Part shown: piece after piece, positions 24,821 to 36,400 of the stretch
How the letters are laid out: every line of letters starts with the position of its first letter
Position numbering within the stretch: the stretch's first letter is position 1
Assembly (NCBI GenBank): GCA_013416795.1
Contig: RQSC01000824.1
Coordinates: 48,520 to 87,758, forward strand
DNA from: Prasinococcaceae sp. CCMP 1430
Taxonomy: Eukaryota; Plantae; Prasinodermophyta
Direction of reading: 5' to 3'
Length of the DNA: 39,239 nucleotides
Translations under genes and position numbers: made by a program
The notes under the pieces: model-generated
Told to the model about the DNA's origin: nothing
Databases searched by the model: none
Seen by the model: only the letters and a program-made list of their open reading frames with translations

Positions 24821-26074
24821 TCACTTCGCCGCGCCGTCCACCCTGTCCCACGCGTCGAGCCTCCGGAGTAGGTATGCGACCTGCACCTGCTTGGTGAGCG
24901 GCATAATCCATGTCTCATAGAGCTGCGCGATCTCGCCCGGCTGGACCTTGTAGCTGGATTGCGTCGGCCCCTCGTGGCTGTCCTCTGACCCCGCGGCGGC
25001 CTCAGCGATCGCGCTCAGGTCCTGGCCGTATATGGCCGCCTTCTTCTCCACGCGCTGCAGCACGCGCTGCTCGACCGCCTCGTTGGTCAGCTTGGCCATG
25101 ATGCCCTCGGCGTCACCATTGCGGATCAGCTCCGTGTAGACCTCTGTCTCCGCTGTGAACTTGGACTCGGCCACGAAGAGCCCGAAGTGTATTCTCTTGC
25201 TGAGAGCCTGCAGCACCGCCACATCGTGCATGGCCGCCGAACCGTAGTTGGAGTCGTCGCCAGGCTCGCAAATCTTCGGCAGCAGCGAGCACAAATACAG
25301 CGACATGATCTCCGCGTTTAGGTTGATGGCCTTGCCCGCGGGGTGCAGGACCTCCGGGTAGTGCAGCGGCGGCAAGATGGGAGGCGGCAAGCCCTCTGGG
25401 AAGAAGGCCCGCTCGATGGGGTCGGTGTACCTGCGGATTTTGCCGAACATGCGCTCCTGCTCGCGCAGCGTGAACTCGAGAAGGCTCTGCTCACCGAGCG
25501 CGCCCGCGCTGTAGACGGATGCGTCCAGCTTGTACTGCGACCGCTCGATCAGCGCGAAGATGATCGAGTCCTCCTGTCGGATGAGGTTCTGCCGCACGGC
25601 CTGTGCTCGCGCGTGCGTCGGTGGTGGCGCGGTGGGCACGGCAGCGCTCGTGTCAGCGCTCAACTTCCGCGGGGGCGGCCTGGGCCGCGCGAGCGTAGGG
25701 GGCGGGGAAGGGGTGTGTTCGCGGGATGGCTCGGTCGCAAGGGGAGGGTCGATGAGAACTGGAAGCGGTCGCATTCCTCCGCCCCCGAAGCCCCCTCGAG
25801 TGATGACGGGCGCGATGGCAGCGCGTTCGAGGCAGCAGCAGGCCACGTACATTGAGCGCAAGGGCGCCGCTCCCGTCGTACGGAATCGCATCGCTGGCTG
25901 CCGCCCTTTCCTGAGAGACCTGCACGGCGCCCGTCCCCTCGGATCCGCCCACAGCCGCGGCGGCGGCGAGGTCGGCGCCCGCCTCGCGCAGTGCGCCGGC
26001 GACGCTCGCGCCAATGGGCGTCTGCGCGCCGCTCTGCGGGTCCGCGGCGGCGGCGAGCAGGGGGTGCTTCTCAT
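24821..26074 (-). CDS. CM: Chorismate mutase, eukaryotic AroQ type (exon 24821-25600; intron 25601-25850; upstream exon, start unresolved)
   Basis: LALN|AVRQNLIRQEDSIIFALIER, RRYTDPIERAFFP, DDSNYGS, LQALSKRIHFGLFVAESKF and IMPLTKQVQVAYLLRRL. Confidence 0.93.
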   Translation of the reverse strand: MRSTPCSPPPRTRRAARRRPLARASPAHCARRAPTSPPPRLWADPRGRAPCRSLRKGRQPAMRFRTTGAAPLRSMYVACCCLERAAIAPVITRGGFGGGGMRPLPVLIDPPLATEPSREHTPSPPPTLARPRPPPRKLSADTSAAVPTAPPPTHARAQAVRQNLIRQEDSIIFALIERSQYKLDASVYSAGALGEQSLLEFTLREQERMFGKIRRYTDPIERAFFPEGLPPPILPPLHYPEVLHPAGKAINLNAEIMSLYLCSLLPKICEPGDDSNYGSAAMHDVAVLQALSKRIHFGLFVAESKFTAETEVYTELIRNGDAEGIMAKLTNEAVEQRVLQRVEKKAAIYGQDLSAIAEAAAGSEDSHEGPTQSSYKVQPGEIAQLYETWIMPLTKQVQVAYLLRRLDAWDRVDGAAK

Positions 26075-26440
26075 TATTCCCTTCTTGCTTGTGCTGTACC
26101 GTTTCCAATTCCGTACACACGCGCACTCGGGACCCTCGCGCGCGCGCGCGCGCGCTCCGCCCTCCCCCCCGGCCAACCCGCGGATCAGCGCCCTCGAAAT
26201 TGCCCCCGGACCGTTTTTCCTCCGCGCGACCCCCCCACCGCCGCGCACTGCCGCGCCCGCGCCCCGCTTCGAAACCCGCGGGCCGCCAAACCGCGCGCGC
26301 CCCGGCCCGACGCGGGCCGCGGCAGACCCTCTCGCGCGGCGCTCGACTCCGCCGCGTGCGCTTCGTAGAGGGTTCTCGGAGCCTGCGCGAACAAACCCTA
26401 ATCATCGCGCAACCGCCATGAATGCGAAGGTGCGACTGTC

Positions 26441-26477
26441 GTACAGTACACTGTACGTACAACTGTACGGTACGTAC
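26441..26477. promoter_or_regulatory. Cluster of seven GTAC motifs
   Basis: GTAC starts at 26441, 26446, 26453, 26457, 26465, 26470 and 26474. Confidence 0.5.
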
Positions 26478-26570
26478 TCCGTAGACAACACCACAAACAC
26501 TGGTTTTGGTTGTCGGGCCGCCCCGGCCAGGGCCCGACCCGACGCTCGCCCGGCGTCGCGCCGCGCGCGT

Positions 26571-27035
26571 TCACGCGGCGCGGAACTCCTGCGCCAGCAT
26601 GGACTCCATCATGTCGGCGCACGCGCTGTCGATCTCCTTCTCCGCGACATCGGCGAGGATCTCCTCGAGCAGGGCTTCGCTTGCTGCTTCCACCGTCGCC
26701 ACCAGGTTGAAGCCCTCGTCACCGGCGAGCGCCAGATCGCCCTGCTCCAGCCACGACAGGAACGCATCGCGAGCGCGCGTGATGCGCTCAGCCTCGATGC
26801 GCGACAGCGCCGGCGCAGCTGAAGGCATAGCCGCCCCCACAAAGTCGACCGTGGGCGTGCCACCCGCATCAGCCACCAATGGCCCCAACTGAGACCCCTG
26901 CCTGCTCGAGCCGCCCGCGCCTGGCTCGTGCAGCCACTTCCTCCTGACCTCCGCCTCGAAGCTGTCCACAGCGTCCAACTTCTCCAGCAGCTCGGCCATA
27001 AGCACGCGCTGCTGCTCGGGCGCCATGCTGTCCAC
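26571..27035 (-). CDS. Moonraker (KIAA0753)-like C-terminal domain; probably 5'-truncated at the single N (27047)
   Basis: LEKLDAVDSFEAEVRRKW...FNLVATVEAASEALLEEILADVAEKEIDSACADMMESMLAQEF resembles the conserved Moonraker C-terminus as recalled. Not searched. Confidence 0.55.
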   Translation of the reverse strand: MDSMAPEQQRVLMAELLEKLDAVDSFEAEVRRKWLHEPGAGGSSRQGSQLGPLVADAGGTPTVDFVGAAMPSAAPALSRIEAERITRARDAFLSWLEQGDLALAGDEGFNLVATVEAASEALLEEILADVAEKEIDSACADMMESMLAQEFRAA

Positions 27036-27133
27036 TGTGAGCGCCANCGCGGCCGCGCCGCCCGCGCGAGCGGGAGAAGGGGGGCCGGGCGGGGCGGGCG
27101 GACAGGCGTGGCGGGAGGAGGTAGTTGGGCGCG

Positions 27134-29953
27134 ATGGCTCTCTCCTCGCGCTCGTTCGCCGACCTGTCGTCGCTGCTGTCGAGTGGCAATGAGGTCCCCA
27201 TGGCCGACGAGGAGCGCGAGGCCGCGCTGGCCGGCGCCGAGGCGACCAAGCAGATGGTTCTGGTGTCGAACCACCTGCCGCTCAAGGCGCGGCGCGAGGC
27301 GACCGGCGCGCTCTCCTTCGAGTGGGACTTGGACGCGCTGCTCAAACAGGTGAACGCTGGGCTGTGCGCGGACGGCTGGCGAGTGGTGCATGTCGGCGGA
27401 CTCTCCGTCGCAGTCGAGCCGCACGAGGAGGACGACGTCGCCGCGCGTCTGTGGGCCGACTTTCGCTGCGCCGTCGTCTTCCTCGAGCCGCACCTCAAGG
27501 AGCGCTTCTACAAGGGCTGCTGCAAGCAACTGCTGTGGCCCATGTTCCACTACATGCTGCCGCTCGGCAGCGGCCAGCGGCGCTTCGACGTCGACCTCTG
27601 GCAGGCCTACGTGCAGGCCAACACCAAGTTTGCACACAAGGTCATGGAGATCTTCAACCCCGCCACCGACTACGTGTGGGTGCACGACTACCACCTGCTG
27701 GTGCTGCCCTCTTTCCTGCGCAAGAGGTCGATCTACTGCCGCATCGGCTTCTTTCTGCACTGCCCCTTCCCCAGCTCGGAGATCTACCGCACGCTGCCCG
27801 TGCGCGAGGAGATCATGCGCGCGCTCCTCAACGCCGACGTGGTGGGCTTCCACACCTTCGACTACGCGCGCCACTTCCTGAGCTGCTGCTCGCGCATGCT
27901 TGGGCTCACGTACGAGTCGCGGCGCGGCGCCATTGGCCTGCGCTACTGCGGGCGCACGGTGCGCGTTCGCGTGTCGCCCGCGGGCATCGACGTCACGCGC
28001 CTGCACCAAGGGCTCGCATGGGACGACACGGTGTGGCGCCTCGCCGAGCTGCGGGCGCAGTGTGAGGGCCGGCAGGTGCTGGTGGGCATCGACGACCTCG
28101 ACCTCTTCAAGGGCATCGCCCTGAAGCTTGCGGCCTACCGGCGGCTGCTCGATACGCACTCGGACCTGCACGGCAAGGTGGTCATGATCCAAATCATGAA
28201 CTCGGCCCGCTCGAAGAGCGCCGAGCTCGAGGCGTTGCACGCCGAGGTCCACGCCATCAGGGATGAGGTCAACGCGCGCTACGGCTTCGACGGGTACGAG
28301 CCGCTCGTGCTGGTGGAGCGCTCGGTGCCGCTGTACGAGCGCCTGGCGTACTACGCGCTGGCGGACGCGTGCGTGGTCACGGCCGTGCGTGACGGCATGA
28401 ATCTCACGCCTTACGAGTACATCGCGTGCAGGCAGGGCGCAGCCGACCGTGCCGCGGCCGCAAGCGACGACGGCGTTGGCGGCGGCGCAGACGGCGTCGC
28501 AAGCAAGCCCGCGCCGTGCACGTCCGGCCTGGTGGTTTCGGAGTTTACAGGGTGCTCGCCGAGCCTGAGCGGCGCTATCCGCGTCAACCCGTGGTCCATC
28601 GACAGCGTCTGCGACGCCATGTACCAGGTGTGCATGTTGCCCGAGGAGGAGCGTCGCGCTCGGCATGAGAAGCACTTTCGTTACATCGCGCGGCACACGA
28701 GCGCGTACTGGGGGCAGACGTACGCTGAGGACCTCGAATCCACCGCTGCCGACCACGCGCGAATGCGCTGCTATGGAATGGGCTTCGGCCTGCACTTCCG
28801 CGTGATCGCTCTCGACCCGAGCTTCAAGAGGCTCTCCACGGACGCAGTCGCGGCAGCGTACGCCACCGCGCAGCGACGCGTGCTGCTGTTCGACTACGAC
28901 GGTACGCTGGCACCCACGAGCTCCATTCAGGTGGGCCCCTCTAAAGAGGTGCTGGAGTCTCTGCGCGCTCTGACAGCGTGCGAGGCCAACCACGTTTGCG
29001 TCGTGAGCGGCCGCAGCCGCGAGCGCCTCCAGGAATGGCTTGGGGACGTTCCGCGACTGGGACTCGCAGCAGAGCACGGCTTCTACCTGCGCGGGGTCGA
29101 CCCTGTGGGCAGCACCGCGTGGACGGAGGCGAGCTCTGCACGCGCGTGGGCATCCGCTGCCAGCGGCATGGGCGGCGGTGGTGGCGGAGGAGCTGGCGGC
29201 GGCGGCGGTGGCGGTGGCGGTGGCGCGGGTGGTCACGGCAGCGTCGGCGCTGGGGGTGGCGAGGATACGCACGCGAGCTCTGTGGCGGCAGCCTCGTCTT
29301 GGCGCGCGACTACGCTGAGCGTGATGAAGACATACGTTGAGGCCACCGATGGGTCGTTTGTCGATGAGAAGGAGAGCAGCCTTGTGTGGCATTTCCGTGA
29401 CGCTGACCCGGACTTCGGTGCCTTCCAGGCCAAGGAAATGGTTGACCACCTCGAGTCGGTGCTCGCGTCGGAGCCTGCCGAGGTAGTCAAAGGCACCGGC
29501 ATCGTCGAGGTCAAGCCGCAGGGAGTGTCCAAGGCGGCGGTGGCTGAACTCGTCATGGCGCAAGCCGGCGCGGCCGCGGCGACCGGTGCAGCCGACTTCG
29601 TGCTGTGCATTGGCGACGACGCGTCAGATGAGGACATGTTCGCCGCGATTGAGGCCGAGGCTGACCTCGGCGGTGACTGGCAGTCCGGGGGCACGGTCTC
29701 CGTATTCCCCTGCACTGTGGGCCAGAAACCAAGCAAGGCGAGCTACTACGTCAATGACCCCCAAGAGGTCATTAAGCTGCTCACCACGCTCGCGGGGCTC
29801 ACACCTGCTGATGGCGAGGAACTCGCAGGCAAGGGGCTCACAAAGCTGGGAGCGTCCATTGCAATTGGCGCTGCAGCGGGCACTGACGGCGCCGACGCCG
29901 ATGAGGGCCCGTCTCCGCCGGGTGGGCCGTTCGAGCCCGTGCCCGAGAAGTGA
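27134..29953 (+). CDS. TPS: Class II trehalose-6-phosphate synthase/phosphatase (GT20 + HAD)
   Basis: FYKGCCKQLLWPMFHY, WVHDYHL, GFFLHCPFPSSE, DGMNL, SEFTGCSPSLSGA, DYDGTL, AEHG and IGDDASDEDMF. Intronless. Confidence 0.95.
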   Translation: MALSSRSFADLSSLLSSGNEVPMADEEREAALAGAEATKQMVLVSNHLPLKARREATGALSFEWDLDALLKQVNAGLCADGWRVVHVGGLSVAVEPHEEDDVAARLWADFRCAVVFLEPHLKERFYKGCCKQLLWPMFHYMLPLGSGQRRFDVDLWQAYVQANTKFAHKVMEIFNPATDYVWVHDYHLLVLPSFLRKRSIYCRIGFFLHCPFPSSEIYRTLPVREEIMRALLNADVVGFHTFDYARHFLSCCSRMLGLTYESRRGAIGLRYCGRTVRVRVSPAGIDVTRLHQGLAWDDTVWRLAELRAQCEGRQVLVGIDDLDLFKGIALKLAAYRRLLDTHSDLHGKVVMIQIMNSARSKSAELEALHAEVHAIRDEVNARYGFDGYEPLVLVERSVPLYERLAYYALADACVVTAVRDGMNLTPYEYIACRQGAADRAAAASDDGVGGGADGVASKPAPCTSGLVVSEFTGCSPSLSGAIRVNPWSIDSVCDAMYQVCMLPEEERRARHEKHFRYIARHTSAYWGQTYAEDLESTAADHARMRCYGMGFGLHFRVIALDPSFKRLSTDAVAAAYATAQRRVLLFDYDGTLAPTSSIQVGPSKEVLESLRALTACEANHVCVVSGRSRERLQEWLGDVPRLGLAAEHGFYLRGVDPVGSTAWTEASSARAWASAASGMGGGGGGGAGGGGGGGGGGAGGHGSVGAGGGEDTHASSVAAASSWRATTLSVMKTYVEATDGSFVDEKESSLVWHFRDADPDFGAFQAKEMVDHLESVLASEPAEVVKGTGIVEVKPQGVSKAAVAELVMAQAGAAAATGAADFVLCIGDDASDEDMFAAIEAEADLGGDWQSGGTVSVFPCTVGQKPSKASYYVNDPQEVIKLLTTLAGLTPADGEELAGKGLTKLGASIAIGAAAGTDGADADEGPSPPGGPFEPVPEK

Positions 29954-30461
29954 GGCAACACCATGCGGTGAGGTGCGGTGCGGTGGTCGACGCCACGCAG
30001 GACGAGGCTCAGAACCCCCAACCCTCACCCCACTTCGCTCGCACACATTCCACCGCGCGCCCCACGCGCCGCACTCTGCGGCACGGATGCGAAAGGTGGG
30101 CGCTGGAGCTCGCCGTGCCACCCTCCTGTGTGCACCACCCTACTTAAGTAGGCGCCCCTAAAAAAAACAAAACTTTTGACGGTCGGAACGAGCGAGGGCG
30201 GGGCACCCTGTGCACGCGCCCTAGCGTAGCACTGAGCGTGCGCCCTTGCAGCGCTAACGATCTCAGGCTCGCGACGAGACCGTCACCATAGGCCTGCAAG
30301 GACGCAGGGAGAGCAGTCGATCGCGATTGTGGAAATGTGAGAGTTTGCACTCCCACGTTGAGGTGCAAAGCTGATGAGCCGCTGCTGCGCTCGCGCAAAC
30401 AGCTGGGCGCACAGGCGCGCGCCACAGCGCGCGCACGTGCCGTGCCTGCCTGGCGGCTGTG

Positions 30462-31168
30462 ATGGACATCCTGCGTGAGGAGGGCACGCGCCTACTTGCG
30501 GCTGGCGGCGGTGTGGGCGCCATCGCGGCGGGGGCGCGCGTCGTCTGCCTGTACTTTTCCGCACGGGTACGCGCGCTGCGAAACGTTCGCGCCACCGCGC
30601 CAGCGCCCCGCTGCTCGCTTACGCCCTCGCGCCCTCGCTCACGCGCGCGCAGTGGTGCCCCGACTGCGTCCCAGCGACTCCCGTGCTGCGTGATGTATAC
30701 GAGGACGCCGCCGGCGGAAGCGACTGGGACGTTGTCTACGTTCCCAGCGACAAGAACGCCACCGAGACGGAGGAGTACGTCAAGGCGGCGCACGGCGGAT
30801 GGCCTCGCGTTGAAACGAACAGGTGCGCTCGCTCCCACCTCCGCATGCGCTCGTGTGCGTACGCGTGTGCGCGGGCAAGAACGCAGGAGGGTGGCACGAG
30901 CAGCGCCTGACACATGCTTGCGCTCCCATGCACACGCGGACACAGTGATGTTGCTGCAAAGCTCAAGCGCCGCTTCGGTGTGTGCGCCCGCAAAGAGGCG
31001 GGATCGCTGGGCATCACCGAGCGCAAAGCCGGCATTCCAACGCTAGTCGTACTTGATGCGCACAGCGGCGACACCATCGAGATGGACGGCATGACTGCAA
31101 TACGCAAGAGCGGGCCCAGGTGGGTGCGCGCAGCCGCTGGCCGGTACAAAGCGGCGCTCGCGCTCTAG
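30462..31168 (+). CDS. Nucleoredoxin/thioredoxin-like protein (exons 30462-30566, 30653-30822, 30946-31168)
   Basis: Spliced product LYFSAR|WCPDC...VVYVPSD...HGGW...GIPTLVVLD. Both GT-AG introns preserve the frame. Confidence 0.85.
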
Positions 31169-31369
31169 CAATGGCGCTGGCTTGTTTGTGCCATGCGAAG
31201 ACGCATGCGCCTTTGCTGACGCATGCGCGAGCACGCAGGGCGATTAAAGCATGGCTCGCAAAGGCTGAGCAGCGAAAGTAATACGTGCCGTTCAGGGCTC
31301 CTCGCATGTAGCAGTGTACAGGGGGTGCTTACACGCGCACCGAGGCAGCTGCGTCGGAGCGCACCCAGC

Positions 31370-33056
31370 TTAGCCGGGGCCGCGCGTAGCTTTCCGCCTT
31401 CCCGCCTCGGGCGCGTGTCCGCCCTCGTCGAAGCCGCTCGCTCGCAGCGCCATGCGCGCCGCACGCCTCGCCGCGAGCACCTGCATAGGCGCGTGTCAGC
31501 GGACAGTGTGCGCGTTCGCGTGCCGCATTCACACAGGCGCGCGTGCGCACCTTCGTTGCGCGCTTGAGCGCTGCATCCTCGTCGATATGCGCCTCCTTCA
31601 TTTTGGTGCCAGTGGCCTCCTCAATGGCCTCCACGCGCTCAACGTCGTGTTGCGTTACCACGGCGACGGAGCGCCCGGGGCGACCCGCGCGGCCCGCACG
31701 GCCGATGCAGTGCACAAAGTCACGCGGATCACGGGGCAGGTCGTAGCTGATAACGAGGTCGACCTCGGGGATATCGAGGCCACGGCTAGCCACCAGCGTG
31801 GCAATGAGCACGCGCACCTCACCGGCCTTGAAGGCCTGCACGACGCGCAGGCGCTCACGCTGAGATTTCTTCGCATGTAGGGCTGCCGCGCGCGGCACAG
31901 CGCCGTTGGTGGCCTCGGCGAGCTCGTCCACGAGTAGCTCCAGAAGCGCGGCGGTACGCTTGGAGCCGCAAAATACCACGCAGCTTTGCTCGCCAGCGTC
32001 GTCCAGGGATGCGAGCAGGTGCGCGACGTATACATCCTTGACTGCATCGGCCACCAGGCAGAACTCCTGCCTCACACTCTCTGCCGCACGCAGCAATGGG
32101 CCCAGGCCGCCGCTATCGCCCACACCCCCGTCGCCACCGTCACTGGGCTGCGCGTAGGCAAACAGCGGGCGTGAGGCGAGCGCATTCGAGCCGCCATCGT
32201 TCACGTCGGCGCCGGTCGACTTGCTGTTGGAGATGTAGCCGCGCTGGGCGAGTGCCTCAAGCGTGGGCGTCTGCGTCGCGCTGAAGAGGAGCGTCTGCCG
32301 GTCGGCAGGGAGAAGGGCAAGCAGGTAGCCCACATCCGCGGCAAATTCTTGGTCGAGCATACGGTCGGCCTCGTCGAGCACGGCGAAGCGCGCGTGCGCG
32401 AAGACCGCGCATAGCGGCTCCTCGGCGCGTAGCAAGCCCGACAGCCGGCCCGGGGTCGCGACAACGACATGCGGCCGTGAGTGCAGCGCGTTGCTCTGCG
32501 CGGCCATCTCGAGACCTCCCACCACCACGAGATCACGCGCGCCGCAGGGCGCGCCCATCACGCGGAACTGCTCGCTCACTTGGAACGCGAGCTCGCGCGT
32601 CGGCTCGAGTACTAGCGCGAACACACCGTACGGGTCTGCAGCGAGCGCTTGCAGCATCGGGAGCGCAAACGCCGCCGTCTTGCCCGCGCCCGTGCGGGCG
32701 ATGGCAACAATGTCGTCGCCCGCGAGCGCGCGCGGCACGCACGCGCATTGCACGGCTGTCGGTTTCACGAGCCCAACCGAGCGGCACGAACGTGTCAGCC
32801 AGTCTGCGATTCCCAGGTCGTGAAACGTCTCAGCGTTGTCGTGACTGCCGTCGCCAGCACCGCTGGCGCCGCCGCCGCCGCTGCCGTCGAGACCTCCGCC
32901 TCCCGCACCCCGGCCCTGCGCCGCCGGCCCGCGCAGCACATCTCCGCCCTTCCACTTGCTCTTGCTGTCGCTCCTACCGCTGGCGCCACCCTTGCCACCG
33001 CCAGGCGCCGCCCTCCTCTTGCCAACGCCGCCCGAGAACAGCGAGAAGCCGGCCAT
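31370..33056 (-). CDS. DDX49: DEAD-box RNA helicase, DBP8/DDX49-like (exons 31551-33056, 31370-31480)
   Basis: Q motif PTAVQ, TGAGKT, DPYGVFALVLEPTRELAFQ, TPGR, DEAD, SAT and ASRGLDIP. 70-nt terminal intron. Confidence 0.85.
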
Positions 33057-33464
33057 CGCGCGCCGCCGCAGCGCGCACGCGCGCGCCGCACGCCTCGCGC
33101 TCCACGCCGTACCCCCCCCACCCCCACCCCTACCCGCCCTTTCTCTCCCGCTCGCTCGCTCCCGGTACGAGGCGCGGGGGCTGGGGTGAGCGCACGGCCG
33201 CGAGGGCAAGCGCAAGGGCGCGGCGTGTGGCGGGGTGCGCAGCAGGAGCAGCCGCCGGCGCAGCCGCCGCCGGCGCGGATTTATTTTTCCCCCTTTTTTA
33301 ATCATTTTCATCCCCCGCGATGGTGCGTGGTCACTCTAATGCGCGGGTCTGCGTGGTGAACATGAAAGGACTTTACCGGGTGGCTCGCGTGCGGTGGTGC
33401 AGACACTCGGGGCCGACGGGAGGGGCGCCGGGCAAAGGTGTCACCGGATGTACTGAGCGGCCAG

Positions 33465-36400
33465 CTACTTGTTCAGGCCAGGTCTCGAGCCCGCCGTCGC
33501 GTCGCTAGCGGGCTCAGACTCGGGCGCCGCGGCGGCACCCGGGGCCACGTCGATCGGGCAGATGCAGGCGAGCTTCTCGGCGGCCTTGTCGGCGAGGTAT
33601 GTGGGCTGCGCGGGTCCGAGCGTGTCCACTAAGACGAGGAAGACGACGAACACACCAACTGTCGCGAAGATCATAGTGAGTACAAGGACGATGCCGAACT
33701 GGACGAAGAAGAGGATATTGCATGCGAGCAAGAGCAAGCCTGTAAAGAATGTGGTGGCCGCCGACGAGAGGATGGGGGGGCCGATGCTGCAGATGGCTCC
33801 CTCGGAGCGCTCGGTGCGTGGCGCCGCGCCAGAAGGGCTCATCTCAACGTAGGCGTGACACAAGTGGATGACGAAATCGCAACTGAGACCGATGAGGATT
33901 CCGAAACAGATAGACTCGAGGAAGCCCAACTCCCAACCAATGGCTACTGTGCAGGCTGCCACGGCGCAGAGCACGAAGCTGATCGCCACGATCGAAAATA
34001 GGGTGAGCACCAGCGAGCGGCACGCGAGCGCGACAACGACGGCCGACGCAATGAGCGCGATGAGCGCGCTCTGGTACGCGCCATTGCTCATCTGTGCATT
34101 GGTGTCATACCACCAGAAGTCCTCGCTGGTGTGATAAACGCTCGCCACTTGGTCGACCGGCGCCGCCTCTCGTTCGGCATCCATGAAGTCCTCGATGAAG
34201 TTCCAAGCCCTCCGCAGCTCGTCCAGCGGCGAGTCCCAGCGCGCGCTCGACTTGGATCGCATGACCAGAACCTGCAACTTGCCTTTGTAGAACAGCATCG
34301 ACTTCCGGGGTGCGTGTCCCGACTCAACGAAGCGCCTGGCGCACCCGTGGAAACTTGCCGGCGGCACAGGCAGCGATCTCGCCCCGCCGCACTCGTCGAT
34401 GACGCCCGTCTCGTTCCACGTCAGCCAATCGTTCATCTCCGACAGAACACAGCGGTGCGCCTCGAAAGCGTACGACGCATTGAGCGCATCCACACGCGCG
34501 CAGAAGTCTATCAGGAAGTCCTGTGCCGCCACGCTCGATGGGTCGAAGCTCAGATCTAGTCGCAGCTTGGTCTTTCGCGATGGGGCGTCAGTGTTGCTCG
34601 TCGCCGCGGCTTGCAGCCCCCAGACATACGAAATCACCGAGTCCTGCTCCACTGCATTCGATATGAGCTGATTGCCCCAGAGCGTTGTCTTTGAGAACTC
34701 GTGCGAGTCACGCAGCAATTGGACCTCCGACGAGCTCGGCGCGGGAATGGTGGATGCCACCAGCCCGCACCACACGATCGCACCGATCGAGGCGGGCAGC
34801 AGTAGCCAGCGCGCGCGGTGCACAATTTGGTACCAATGGCGCATCATCCGCGCGCGGAAGGGCAGCGTAGCCGCGCCGTCCGGGTCCTCGGAGACGCCGC
34901 CTGCAGGCGACTTCTTGGTGCAGCACCCACCGCACTCGATGCAGCATTTGGCACAGCCAGACGCGCAGCAGTTGGCGGCCCAGCGGTGCTGCAAGCAAAG
35001 TGCCGGAAAGACGAGCGCCACGTTGAGCAAATAGTCGCATACAACGAGGCATCCCATGAAGAGCGCGAAGCTGCGGATGGGCGGCACCGGCACGATGGAA
35101 GTGCCGAAGAATGCCGCCGCCGTGGTGGCGGACGTCCAGAACATGGCGATGGCGGCCGACGGCAGTGCTTCGGCAGCAACCTCCGTGGTGCTTGCGCCGG
35201 GGCCGAGCGCGTGCTCGGCTTCGCGCCACTTGTCCTGCGCCACGAAGATGTCGTCGGCGCCGATGCCGATGATGACGAACATGCCCAGAAAGTTCAGGAA
35301 GGGGAAGAACGACCGGCCCAGGATGAAGTAGAACATGAAGTACGCCGTGGGAAAGGAAAGGAACACCTGCGCAAATCCCACTGTGGTGATCCACGCGCTG
35401 CGGCTGTGCAGCAGCACCGCGACAATCACGACAAGCATCGCCGCCAGGCTCAGCATCATATCCGTGTTCAAGTAGTGCTGGAATTTCTGGTCACTCAAGT
35501 ACTCATCCCGCGTATCGTACACGCCCTCAACGACTTCCCCTCCTCGTCCCCATTTTCCAAACTCGGCCTCCAGCCCGGACGTCGTGTGAAGCGCAAAGAC
35601 CGAGCTGCTGTACTGTACGCCCCGCCCTAGTCCAGTGTCGACGTCCAAGAGGTCCAATAAGTACCACGGGCAGTTGTCCACGTTCCATGGATCCGTGGCA
35701 GAGAGGAACGCCTTGGCGCAGTCGGCAAGGCTTGTGGACGCACTCGCAGCGTTGCCGCTCGAGACGTATTGGTCGACCAAAGCGTCACAGCTCATCCCAT
35801 CCCCTCCCTCGGGTAGAAGCAGGCGAAGCTGGGAGACAAGGCTCAGCGGTCGTTGGCAGCGGCTGCCACCCTCGCATGTGACGCATGACCCGGCAGAGTA
35901 GAGCGACGCCAGCGTGATCTCCTCCGCCTCGCAGATCTCTCGAAGGGCGTCAGGAGCCAGCAGCCAGCCATCCCCGGCAAGGGTGTCGTGCGCGCGCCAA
36001 TGAGCGATCAGGTCGTCTCCACGCCACCCGCCATGGAGCGCGCCATCTAGGCAGCCATCGGTATGCCACTGGTCCTCCAGGAGCGCGCGGTCGTTGCGCG
36101 CAGCGCTGCGCACTGCGCCGTCCGTGCGCCTGGCGTCTGCAAGAAGCGAACGCCTCGCCCTCCGCCAATCCTCGCCATGCGCACCCGGCCAGTCGGAGCG
36201 AGATTGGGCGATAAATCTATCCCAGAGCGCGTCGTCGCCACTCTCAAGCTCACTCCAGTGGCGGCGCACGAGGCCCCATTGCTCTGCGCGGTCGGAGACG
36301 AGCGTGCCGCGGCTGCGCCACGCGCCATCCTGTTGCAGTGCGCACCGTGACAGTCGGCGCAGCCAGCATCGTCAGCGCTGCGCGTGTCTTTTCACGCGCG

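Noticed and set aside
26609-29563. 984-aa minus-strand ORF
   Set aside because: Antisense shadow of the TPS gene; no recognisable motifs.
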